IMG/VR virus record: IMGVR_UViG_3300014572_000008
Length of the DNA stretch: 46,407 nucleotides
From: a virus
Strand: one strand, 5' to 3'
The notes beneath the pieces were generated by a model. The model was not told where the DNA came from. It made no database searches and was given only the letters and a program-made list of their open reading frames with translations. The position numbers were made by a program, and so were the translations under genes. This document shows, piece after piece, positions 23,118-30,289 of the stretch. Every line of letters starts with the position of its first letter. Position 1 is the stretch's first letter.

Positions 23118-23960
23118 ATGAGTGATTGCATTATCCAAATCAGCCGGGACAATTCTTTTTACGGTTCTGGCCTGACCGTCGGCGTTGCATTGGATGGCTG
23201 TGATGTCGGCACGCTGAAAAACGGTGAAGAACTTCGAGCCGTGGCCGCTCCGGGCCAGCACGAACTTTCTTTTTACCGGTATCGCCGTCTGGATAAAACC
23301 ATATCCTTTACCATTGCCGAAGGGCAACAGAATGCGTTTTTTACCATCAAGATTAACGCCTCGAACCGCGTTGACGTTGTTGGCGGGCTAAAAACCAAAA
23401 AGCAGGCGAAACGCCCCAGCGGCTGCCTGACGGCTTTAATCGTATTCCTCTGTCTTTTCGTCTTTATTGGCGCGGCCTTTGCTTCCTGCGGATCGTCCTT
23501 CAAGCCGGAAAAGGTCGGAACCTCAGTTTCTTCTTCGCAGCAGCCGCCGCAGCAATCCGATTCCGGGCCTGAAACATTTGGCGTTGGGGATCAGGTCGTT
23601 CTAGACGGCGTGGCGGTCACGTTGCTCAGTGTTACCGAGAATTCCGGCCAAAATTACGTCTCGCCGGATGATGGAAAGGTCTTTGTTCTGTGCGAATTCG
23701 AGATCGAAAACAATTCATCCCGCGATATTGCGTCCAGCACCATGCTTTCATTCGAAAGCTACATTGATGGCTATACAACCAGCCTCAGCCTCACCGCCAT
23801 GATGAGTTCCGACGAGCCGCAGCTTGACGGCACGATTGCCGCCGGGAAGAAAATGAAAGGTGTCGTCGGATATGAAGCGCCGCAGGATTGGAGTGAGATC
23901 GAGATTCGATTCTCTCCAAGCTTCTGGGGTGGCGAAATCGTTTTCGAGTATAAAAAATAA
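23118..23960 (+). CDS. Membrane protein with extracellular DUF4352-like domain (moron)
   Basis: 280 aa from ATG 23118 (AAGGAGGG upstream); about 95-aa cytoplasmic beta-rich part, TM LTALIVFLCLFVFIGAAFA, Ser/Gln/Pro linker, then GVGDQVVLDGVAVTLLSV...KVFVLCEFEIENNSSRDI...GYEAP typical of DUF4352; only plus-strand gene inside the structural block. Confidence 0.8.
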   Translation: MSDCIIQISRDNSFYGSGLTVGVALDGCDVGTLKNGEELRAVAAPGQHELSFYRYRRLDKTISFTIAEGQQNAFFTIKINASNRVDVVGGLKTKKQAKRPSGCLTALIVFLCLFVFIGAAFASCGSSFKPEKVGTSVSSSQQPPQQSDSGPETFGVGDQVVLDGVAVTLLSVTENSGQNYVSPDDGKVFVLCEFEIENNSSRDIASSTMLSFESYIDGYTTSLSLTAMMSSDEPQLDGTIAAGKKMKGVVGYEAPQDWSEIEIRFSPSFWGGEIVFEYKK

Positions 23961-23972
23961 GTTTTTCCTGCT

Positions 23973-24002
23973 GCCGCCCCTTAACCGGGGCGGCTGTTTT
24001 TT
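23973..24002 (+). terminator. Rho-independent terminator of the moron
   Basis: GCCGCCCC / GGGGCGGC perfect 8-bp stem, 6-nt loop, TGTTTTTT; stop codon of the minus-strand Gp15-like gene lies in the loop. Confidence 0.8.
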
Positions 24003-24565
24003 GTCCCGACTCCCCATACGGCAAGCAGGTCGGCTTCGGCCTCCGAGTATGTTGTCTTCAGATCGACGATATCCCGGTTGCGCCGGTAGAAATCCCTCTC
24101 CTGTTTGTCGAGACTCTTCCCTCTGGCCTTTTTATCGCGGATAGAAACCACCTGTGCATACAGGCAATCTCCGATTTCTTGATAGTACGATAGAAACGAA
24201 TACCAATGCAGGTATTCCAGCGCCCGGACCTCGCAGCCCGCGATTCGGTTGATAGGCGCAATATAGAGATCAAAGTCCTGCGCCCATGACATGATCTCTG
24301 GCTGCTTTCTCTTCTCTCGATTCTCCTGCCCGTGGTCGATGAAGCGGAAGCACTGGTTCAGGGCTTCCTGATAGTCGCTGACGGGCATTTCTTCGAAGTC
24401 GGGATAGAAGATGGTCAGCGCCGCTTCCGCCTTATCCCGCTCGTCCAGTTCCCTGTCTGTCAGGGCTACGAGGATATCGAGGATTGCGCGGTAATCAGAT
24501 TGGATCGCGTATTCTGTTCCGTCGACCTCAACAGAGGTCGGCAGGGAATAGATCACTTTCCCCAT
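23981..24565 (-). CDS. Gp15-family tail assembly protein
   Basis: 194 aa; ...DYRAILDILVAL... ALEYLHWYSFLSYYQEIGD... matches my memory of the Bacteriophage Gp15 family; sits where a tail chaperone belongs. Confidence 0.7.
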   Translation of the reverse strand: MGKVIYSLPTSVEVDGTEYAIQSDYRAILDILVALTDRELDERDKAEAALTIFYPDFEEMPVSDYQEALNQCFRFIDHGQENREKRKQPEIMSWAQDFDLYIAPINRIAGCEVRALEYLHWYSFLSYYQEIGDCLYAQVVSIRDKKARGKSLDKQERDFYRRNRDIVDLKTTYSEAEADLLAVWGVGTKNSRPG

Positions 24566-24568
24566 CTA

Positions 24569-25015
24569 TCAATATATTTCGCGAACAGGGGGCCTGCGCG
24601 TTTTCCATCTATCTGTATATTTCGCAATCCTCGGGTTGGTCTTCTTCTGCTCTGCCGCGAAGCTCGTGTCGATCTGATCGATCACGGCCAGCATGAGGTT
24701 GCACCATACTGGCAGGCCGTCGGCCAGCGCGTAGACGTTCATAGTGCCGAACAGGTCTGCGCAGACAGGCTTGGCAAACAGGCCGTCGATCATGTCCCGC
24801 ATTTCCGCGTCGCGGCGGCGGGCAATGGCGAAAATCTCCTTCTTGTCCGCGCAGCGGTCAATCTCGGCCTTATACGCCTCCTGCTTCCCGTCCAGTTCGT
24901 CAAACGTGTTGAATATCTGTTCAACAAATGCGCTGTCGGTCGGGTTGAAGGAGACTTCCGCCGCGTCGTTCAGCTTGAACGATACGATACCGGTTTCAAA
25001 TTTGATTTCAGGCAT
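24569..25015 (-). CDS. Tail assembly chaperone
   Basis: 148 aa, acidic; between the major tail protein and the Gp15-like gene. Confidence 0.65.
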   Translation of the reverse strand: MPEIKFETGIVSFKLNDAAEVSFNPTDSAFVEQIFNTFDELDGKQEAYKAEIDRCADKKEIFAIARRRDAEMRDMIDGLFAKPVCADLFGTMNVYALADGLPVWCNLMLAVIDQIDTSFAAEQKKTNPRIAKYTDRWKTRRPPVREIY

Positions 25016-25028
25016 TTATGCAGCCTCC

Positions 25029-25562
25029 TTAATCCGAATCCGGCGTGAACGTGATGGTTCCATCCGAACCGCGCGCTGCGGTTCCTGTTGTCCTGTTTCC
25101 GCCGTATGTCACTTCAATGTCCGAAGCAAGAACGCCGCCGCCCTCGCCTCCGTCTGTCGTGACGAGCACCGCGCAGGCGTCATACTGCTCTGCAAACGAC
25201 TTCCCTTCGGAGTCCTGCAGGTATGTGTGGATGATCAGGCATTTCTGATTTACCAGAGCGGCATGGTTCTTCTCCACGACTGCAAGATTGAGCAGATGGT
25301 TCATCACGTCGTCACCGCCTACAATCTCACTGCCGGAAAAGCTCTGTGTCATTTCTGGTGTCTGTGCGTTCGTGTACACGTGCCCCAGAATGTCCTTCTT
25401 CGTTTCCTGCCCCCAATCGTAGTTGATGGAGCTCTCCGTCACCTTGACGCCCATCGCCGACCACTTCGATGTGGTGCTGTCGCTGGTGTCCAGAGCGGTA
25501 ATCAGCATTTCACGGACTGCGCTCTCGCCGTTTTTTGCCGCGATTGTGTATTTATTTGCCAT
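25029..25562 (-). CDS. Major tail protein
   Basis: 177 aa; position after head-tail connectors; beta-rich, Thr/Gly-rich C-terminus. Confidence 0.8.
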   Translation of the reverse strand: MANKYTIAAKNGESAVREMLITALDTSDSTTSKWSAMGVKVTESSINYDWGQETKKDILGHVYTNAQTPEMTQSFSGSEIVGGDDVMNHLLNLAVVEKNHAALVNQKCLIIHTYLQDSEGKSFAEQYDACAVLVTTDGGEGGGVLASDIEVTYGGNRTTGTAARGSDGTITFTPDSD

Positions 25563-25564
25563 AG

Positions 25565-26020
25565 TTAAATCACCTCATATGTCAGTTTCATTAGAATTTG
25601 ATGATCCTCTGTGCCGTCCTCATACCGGGCGAACAGGGCCGAGCGGCTGACAGCTTCCATGCGCCGGACGCGCATCCCGTCGCCCAAATCCGGCGGGTTC
25701 TGCATGGCCCAATCCCCGAAGCGGTTCAGCATGGCGTCGCATTTCAGGCGCTTGTCGTTGCTGTTTCCGGGCTTGATGCGGGCGATGATCTTGAATTGAT
25801 ATTCCGCCTCATGCCCGCCGAGGATGAATTTTCGTGTGATGTACGCGCCCTGAATGGCGGACAGGGCCATGCTTGCCGAGTCGGCGGCGAGGAATTCGTA
25901 GTTGATCGTTGCGGTCGGCATATCGTCGTCTGAGAAGGAATTTGCCCAGATCATCATCTTTCGGGAGATATCCTGTTCTTCCTCCGCAGATACCAGCCTT
26001 TTTTGCTTTTCAGAGTCCAT
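25565..26020 (-). CDS. Tail terminator / head-tail joining protein
   Basis: 151 aa; position directly before the major tail gene. Confidence 0.6.
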   Translation of the reverse strand: MDSEKQKRLVSAEEEQDISRKMMIWANSFSDDDMPTATINYEFLAADSASMALSAIQGAYITRKFILGGHEAEYQFKIIARIKPGNSNDKRLKCDAMLNRFGDWAMQNPPDLGDGMRVRRMEAVSRSALFARYEDGTEDHQILMKLTYEVI

Positions 26021-26420
26021 TCTTCACCGCCTTATCCGCTACACGGATCCATTTGTCGAGGTTCTCGGCCTTTGAAGCCTCAAACCAATGCGATTGCGCC
26101 TGATTGTGTCCTGACGTGTTGAACACAAGATTTTTGTCGGTCAGTACCTTTGTCCCGCCTTTCGGCGCGTAGGTGCTTCCGGTCTCCGGGTCTACCATGA
26201 CTTTCCCGTAGTACAGGAACCTTGCGTATGGGCCGGGATAGATAATCGCATTCCCTTCCACCTGTGTTCTGCGGTCGAGGGAACCGGTCAAGAATGGCAC
26301 ATACGGGGCTGTGTCCTTTCTTGCCTGAAGTGCGACAATATGCTCCGCTTTGGTACACGCCTGCGCGATTGTCTCATGCAATTCATCAAAGCCGTCTGCC
26401 TTTACGCTGAATTTCAGCAT
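26010..26420 (-). CDS. Minor capsid / neck protein (HK97 gp10-like)
   Basis: 136 aa; PYARFLYYGKVM ... QAQSHWFE motif as in the Minor_capsid_1 family (from memory). Confidence 0.65.
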   Translation of the reverse strand: MLKFSVKADGFDELHETIAQACTKAEHIVALQARKDTAPYVPFLTGSLDRRTQVEGNAIIYPGPYARFLYYGKVMVDPETGSTYAPKGGTKVLTDKNLVFNTSGHNQAQSHWFEASKAENLDKWIRVADKAVKNGL

Positions 26421-26421
26421 A

Positions 26422-26883
26422 TTAGGCCCCTCCGACTTCGAAGTGTCTCATGTCCTGGCTTCCGAAGTCCTTCATATCGACCTTTGTGACCTTGTAAACG
26501 TCGTCATAGAGCATTTCAAGCGCCTGCTCGGTCTTGTCCGGCTCCACGACTTCACCCTTAATAAAAAATGTCGTTCCGCCGTTGCCGTCCGTGGAGAGCG
26601 TCCAGATTCCGCTTTTATCGGCTGCCCGCCAGAATTCCTGCGGGCCGACGTAGCGCTTCTCTGTGCCTGTCACGCCGTCTACGGCAGGCGTAGAGAACGG
26701 GATGTAAAGATTCACCGCATCCGCGCCCTCAAGCCCGCTCTGGCGGACGTTGGCCGCCTTGGAGGCTTCCAGCAGAACGCCGCGCAGGACGGTGATGTAG
26801 GTTTTCTCCACGTCCTTGAATGTCGCCGGGTCTGTCTCCTGTGAGACGTTGTAGATGGTTACGGTGTGGGGGAACATGGACAC
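26422..26883 (-). CDS. Head closure / head-tail adaptor protein
   Basis: 153 aa; GTG 26883 start (ATG 26877 alternative); position-based. Confidence 0.6.
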   Translation of the reverse strand: MSMFPHTVTIYNVSQETDPATFKDVEKTYITVLRGVLLEASKAANVRQSGLEGADAVNLYIPFSTPAVDGVTGTEKRYVGPQEFWRAADKSGIWTLSTDGNGGTTFFIKGEVVEPDKTEQALEMLYDDVYKVTKVDMKDFGSQDMRHFEVGGA

Positions 26884-27275
26884 GGCCCATACCCCCTTGC
26901 TTTGAGTAATCCAGTCGGCCCGAGGTACGCCAGCACGATCTCACGGCGGCGCGTCTCTGTCCGCTGCATATCTGCCTGCGACAGATTGCGTGAGCCAAAG
27001 CTGCGCGACCAGCCGCCTACCGTCTCACTCGATACCGGCCTGTCGGTCGTGTAGACGAGGCTGTCCAGCTTCCCGGCGTCCTGCTCCAGCTCGGCCAGCG
27101 CGCAGACGCAGTTCTGGACTGCTTCGAGCTTATCCCCGGCGGCGGAGCGCGCGCGGCTCATGGTGATGTAATCGACATAAGCCGACGCCTTGCGGGCGAG
27201 GCCGCAGAATTGCTCTTCGTCCAGCGCCGTCCCACGGTACACGGTCGCGTAAAACTCATAATCGGCGTAGATCAT
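26859..27275 (-). CDS. Head-tail connector (gp6-like) protein
   Basis: 138 aa; MIYADYEFYATVYRGTALDEEQF... typical N-terminus of this class; follows the capsid gene. Confidence 0.65.
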   Translation of the reverse strand: MIYADYEFYATVYRGTALDEEQFCGLARKASAYVDYITMSRARSAAGDKLEAVQNCVCALAELEQDAGKLDSLVYTTDRPVSSETVGGWSRSFGSRNLSQADMQRTETRRREIVLAYLGPTGLLKARGYGPCPCSPTP

Positions 27276-27333
27276 GCTGCGCCCTCCTTCCGGTCAGCCT
27301 CCGCGCCCGTCATGCAGGCGCGGAGGCTCGATT

Positions 27334-28371
27334 TTACTTGCTGACGTCCGCGCCAATAAACAGGCCGTAAGGATCGGGCACGACCGGAATAAACAGGCCG
27401 CTTGCCTTTGTCCAGGTGGTCTTCGGGTCAGGCGTTTCCCACTGGGTGATCGTGATATACTGCTGTGCACTCTTGTCGGTGTACGGGCCATAGCCCTTTT
27501 CTTCCGGCGTCACGCCCCACAGGCCAACGCCGAAGGAATTGGCCGTGCCGTTGGACAGGAACGCAACCTTGTCCTCCGGGAAGAATCGATGCGTCTTTTC
27601 CGCGCCGTTTGCGGCCTGCGCCTTATAGCGCTGGTCGTTGGTCGTGATCTGGCCGAAGCCGAACAGCTCGGTAAAGAGGCTGCGCAGCTTCTCGGTGGTG
27701 ACGTATGTACCAGCGCCGACCGTACCGTATACGAGGGTCTGAATGCCCTTGTTGGACGCGAGTTTGCGCAGGATCTTCGTACCGACGACCATTTCGCTCA
27801 GGGCGTGGCCGGAGGCCGCCGCCTGATCCGCGATGGCCTGAAGCTGGCCGACGATATCAGCATCTGCGCCGAAGTCGATCTTGAAGCCGGTGTTTGCGGA
27901 CGGAACGCCGTAATCGACGGTCATGTTGAGATTGTTTTCCTTGATGGTCATCTTGCCGGTCGCGATAACTTCCATTTTCGCGACCTCGGTTCTGACCTTG
28001 ACTGCATCGGCCATCAGGCGCATATCGTCAAAGACATAGCTCACGATCGCGCTGTCGGCATATACGCCGTTTTCGTTGAGCAGCTGCACCCGCTCGGACT
28101 GGTTGATCTTGCGCTTGATAAACAGTTTTTCGACCTCAGTCTTTTCGAGTGCCGGCCGCGTGGCGATCTCAGCCTCGGTGTCAAAGGCGTGGACGGTCGC
28201 CATCGTGGGGATCTGTGCGCCGTTTGCGAGGCGCAGGTACTCGGCCTTGAGGCTTTCGGTTTTCTGATCCGGGAACAGCCGGTCTCCGAGGTAGGCCGGG
28301 CGCGCGACGGAAATGTTCTGCGAGAAATCCAGACGGTCAGCGTCGGAAATCAGTTCAAGAATGTCAGGCAT
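27334..28371 (-). CDS. Major capsid protein (protein E-like family)
   Basis: 345 aa; LFPDQKTESLKAEYLRL..IPTMATVHAFDTEAEIATRP typical N-terminal region; follows scaffold and decoration genes. Confidence 0.9.
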   Translation of the reverse strand: MPDILELISDADRLDFSQNISVARPAYLGDRLFPDQKTESLKAEYLRLANGAQIPTMATVHAFDTEAEIATRPALEKTEVEKLFIKRKINQSERVQLLNENGVYADSAIVSYVFDDMRLMADAVKVRTEVAKMEVIATGKMTIKENNLNMTVDYGVPSANTGFKIDFGADADIVGQLQAIADQAAASGHALSEMVVGTKILRKLASNKGIQTLVYGTVGAGTYVTTEKLRSLFTELFGFGQITTNDQRYKAQAANGAEKTHRFFPEDKVAFLSNGTANSFGVGLWGVTPEEKGYGPYTDKSAQQYITITQWETPDPKTTWTKASGLFIPVVPDPYGLFIGADVSK

Positions 28372-28389
28372 GGTGTTTTTCCTCCTTCT

Positions 28390-28944
28390 TTAGGCCGTAG
28401 TCCACACGGGGTACAGGGTCACATTGCCGGTCATTTCGACCTTGGAGACGGCAGCGCCGCCCTTAGACGTGCTCCAGCCGGTCTGGGTGTTGCCGCTCTT
28501 GGTCAACGGGTATTCGGTCGAGACGTCGGCATAGGAGCCCTCTGTGTAGACGTTCTCGTCGACGGGCGGCGTGCCGCTGCCGTCGTTTTTGTCGTAGGTC
28601 ACGGTATAGCCGCGCGTGATCTCCGGCGCATCAACAAATGTGAAGCCCTTGCCGGACAGCGCGGTCTTTGCTGCGGAGGCCAGCGACAGGCGGTCTGCCA
28701 GCACACGGCCCGCGACCATCACGGAGCCGGGCATATTGCCGTCCGTCACGTCGATGTCCTCAAATACGAGGCCGACGGCGTTCGAATTGTCGGACGGGAA
28801 CGGCGTGCCTGCCTTGACGATCTTGTACTTGCCGTCCTGCACGCCCATCGACGCGGGGATTTCACGGGTTTTCAGGACGAGGCCGACTTCGCTTTCGAGG
28901 AAATTCGGCCTGACTTCTGCTTTTGTGTTTACAACGATAGACAT
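28390..28944 (-). CDS. Head decoration protein with C-terminal Listeria-Bacteroides (Flg_new-like) repeat
   Basis: 184 aa; C-terminus YTVTYDKNDGSGTPP...YPLTKSGNTQTGWSTSKGG...VTLYPVW. Confidence 0.65.
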   Translation of the reverse strand: MSIVVNTKAEVRPNFLESEVGLVLKTREIPASMGVQDGKYKIVKAGTPFPSDNSNAVGLVFEDIDVTDGNMPGSVMVAGRVLADRLSLASAAKTALSGKGFTFVDAPEITRGYTVTYDKNDGSGTPPVDENVYTEGSYADVSTEYPLTKSGNTQTGWSTSKGGAAVSKVEMTGNVTLYPVWTTA

Positions 28945-28952
28945 TTTTCAAA

Positions 28953-29543
28953 TCACTCCTTGTTTGGTGTCTGCGCAAACTGCGCGTTGAACTGCTGCGC
29001 GTACATTGCGCCCTTGCTCTTTGCCGCCGGTGCGCCGCCCTGGCCGACGGGCTTGACGAATGTGGGCGTGGGCTTATCTGCCTGAAACGCAGTCGGATCT
29101 GCTTCGAGCTGAGCCTTGTGCCACTCGTCGAAGCCGGTCAGCTCGCCGTCTTTCAGTTCAAGGTGTTTCTCCTTGAGGTCTGCAAGGTAAGCTTTCTCGG
29201 CGGCTTTGGAAGAGAACTTGACGCCCTTGGCCGTAATCGCGCGGTTCATGGCGTCGGCGTAGTCCCGGCTTGCCAGCTGCGCCTTGTAATCTTCGGTTTC
29301 CTTGGTGTACCGGCCCTGAAGGTCTTCGAGCTGCTTGCGGACGCTCTCGGCGTCCCCGCTGGACTTCCGCAGGTCTTCGATGTCCTTGTCGCGGTCGGCC
29401 AGCTGCTGCCGGGCGGCGTTCAGGTCTTCCTTGGCCTGGTCCGCTTTTTGCTTCTCCCGGCCGATGTCGCGGCTGTTCTCGTCAAGGATCTTGTCGACGG
29501 TATCCTTATCGAGCCCCAGTCCTTCCAAAAAATCTCGCTTCAT
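28953..29543 (-). CDS. Scaffolding protein (GP20-like)
   Basis: 196 aa, highly charged coiled coil; immediately upstream of decoration and capsid genes. Confidence 0.75.
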   Translation of the reverse strand: MKRDFLEGLGLDKDTVDKILDENSRDIGREKQKADQAKEDLNAARQQLADRDKDIEDLRKSSGDAESVRKQLEDLQGRYTKETEDYKAQLASRDYADAMNRAITAKGVKFSSKAAEKAYLADLKEKHLELKDGELTGFDEWHKAQLEADPTAFQADKPTPTFVKPVGQGGAPAAKSKGAMYAQQFNAQFAQTPNKE

Positions 29544-29629
29544 GGGTTCTCCTTCACAGCTTCGCTTTGTTCTCGCGGGTCGCGTCCGCTGCTGCCCCGT
29601 AGTTTAGCGACTTCGGGCCGGTCAAGATT

Positions 29630-29678
29630 TGATAAAACAAAAAGAGCCAACCTGTAAGAAAACCTTACAGGTTAGCTC
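29630..29678 (-). terminator. Strong rho-independent terminator inside the head module
   Basis: 15-bp stem 29644-29658 / 29664-29678 (perfect on the minus strand with one G-U), 5-nt loop, then TTTTTGTTTT on the minus strand. Confidence 0.8.
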
Positions 29679-29720
29679 ATCGTGCCATTCCGCGCACTCG
29701 ATTGTGCTGCGGTATCTGTA

Positions 29721-29849
29721 TTACTTTTTCAGCTCTTCCGCCTTGATGATCTGCGCCTTGACTGTTCCGTCCTTCATGCGCTTCAGCTGGACGCGGAATC
29801 CGGCGGCAAGCGCCCGCTCGATGGCGGCTTTCAGTTTTTCGTCGATCAT
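29721..29849 (-). CDS. Micro-protein (42 aa, below ORF-track cutoff)
   Basis: Hand translation MIDEKLKAAIERALAAGFRVQLKRMKDGTVKAQIIKAEELKK; GAGGA before ATG 29849. Confidence 0.45.
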   Translation of the reverse strand: MIDEKLKAAIERALAAGFRVQLKRMKDGTVKAQIIKAEELKK

Positions 29850-29859
29850 ACGGCGTTCC

Positions 29860-30177
29860 TCACGGGATCAGGTCTACAATGCCCTTCGCGGCATTATAGA
29901 TCCGCTTCATGATCGCGTTCTCCTGCAAGTATTCAAGCCCCTGCAGCGTGATCTGAATCCGGCGCTCATTCCTCAGGTGCATTTCGCCCGTGACGTCGGT
30001 ATAAAGCTCCGCGCCCTTGATAAGCCCCGCGTCCTGAAGCATTTCCAGATACCTGTAGAGACGTTCTCCGGACACCTGCATGGAGTCCAGGCCGAAGCTC
30101 TCCACGCTGAACGCCGGAAGATCCATCGCGCGTTCCAGCGCAGACAGCATTTTATAAATCGCTTTGAAGTTGTCCAT
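29860..30177 (-). CDS. YjcQ-like winged-helix protein
   Basis: 105 aa from ATG 30177 (GGGGGA RBS); MDNFKAIYKMLSALERAMD...YLEMLQDAGLIKG as in the YjcQ family (from memory). Confidence 0.6.
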   Translation of the reverse strand: MDNFKAIYKMLSALERAMDLPAFSVESFGLDSMQVSGERLYRYLEMLQDAGLIKGAELYTDVTGEMHLRNERRIQITLQGLEYLQENAIMKRIYNAAKGIVDLIP

Positions 30178-30289
30178 TTGAATTTCCCCCCTTGCATTTT
30201 TTGTGAGAGTGTGGTATAGAATAGATAAGAGCCGGTCGCTGTCCACGACCCCTTCCCAGAAGGGCGAGATGGTGTGTCGGCTTCTTTTT

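Noticed and set aside
23049-23327. 93-codon N-terminal extension of the tape measure ORF in the six-frame track
   Set aside because: The extension is antisense to the promoter and 5' part of the DUF4352-like moron and has no RBS. ATG 23048 has a GGTGGTG RBS and begins a typical tape-measure coiled coil (MADGKIVIAVDADAKKAQKELD).
24560-24575. Programmed -1 frameshift joining the two tail chaperone genes (G/GT-type)
   Set aside because: The upstream frame ends TGA TAG and is followed directly by the ATG of the next gene. I found no slippery heptamer and no extended overlapping frame, so the two proteins appear to be made separately.
27274-29085. 603-aa plus-strand ORF, the longest plus-strand ORF in the track
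   Set aside because: It lies entirely antisense to the major capsid, decoration and scaffold genes. The translation is Arg/Ala/Gly/Leu-rich junk typical of shadow frames in GC-rich DNA, it has no RBS, and the minus-strand genes have clear family signatures.
29629-30219. 196-aa plus-strand ORF across the terminator and the YjcQ-like gene
   Set aside because: It is antisense to the YjcQ-like and 42-aa genes and spans an intrinsic terminator. It has no RBS and a low-complexity Ser/Arg/Leu composition.
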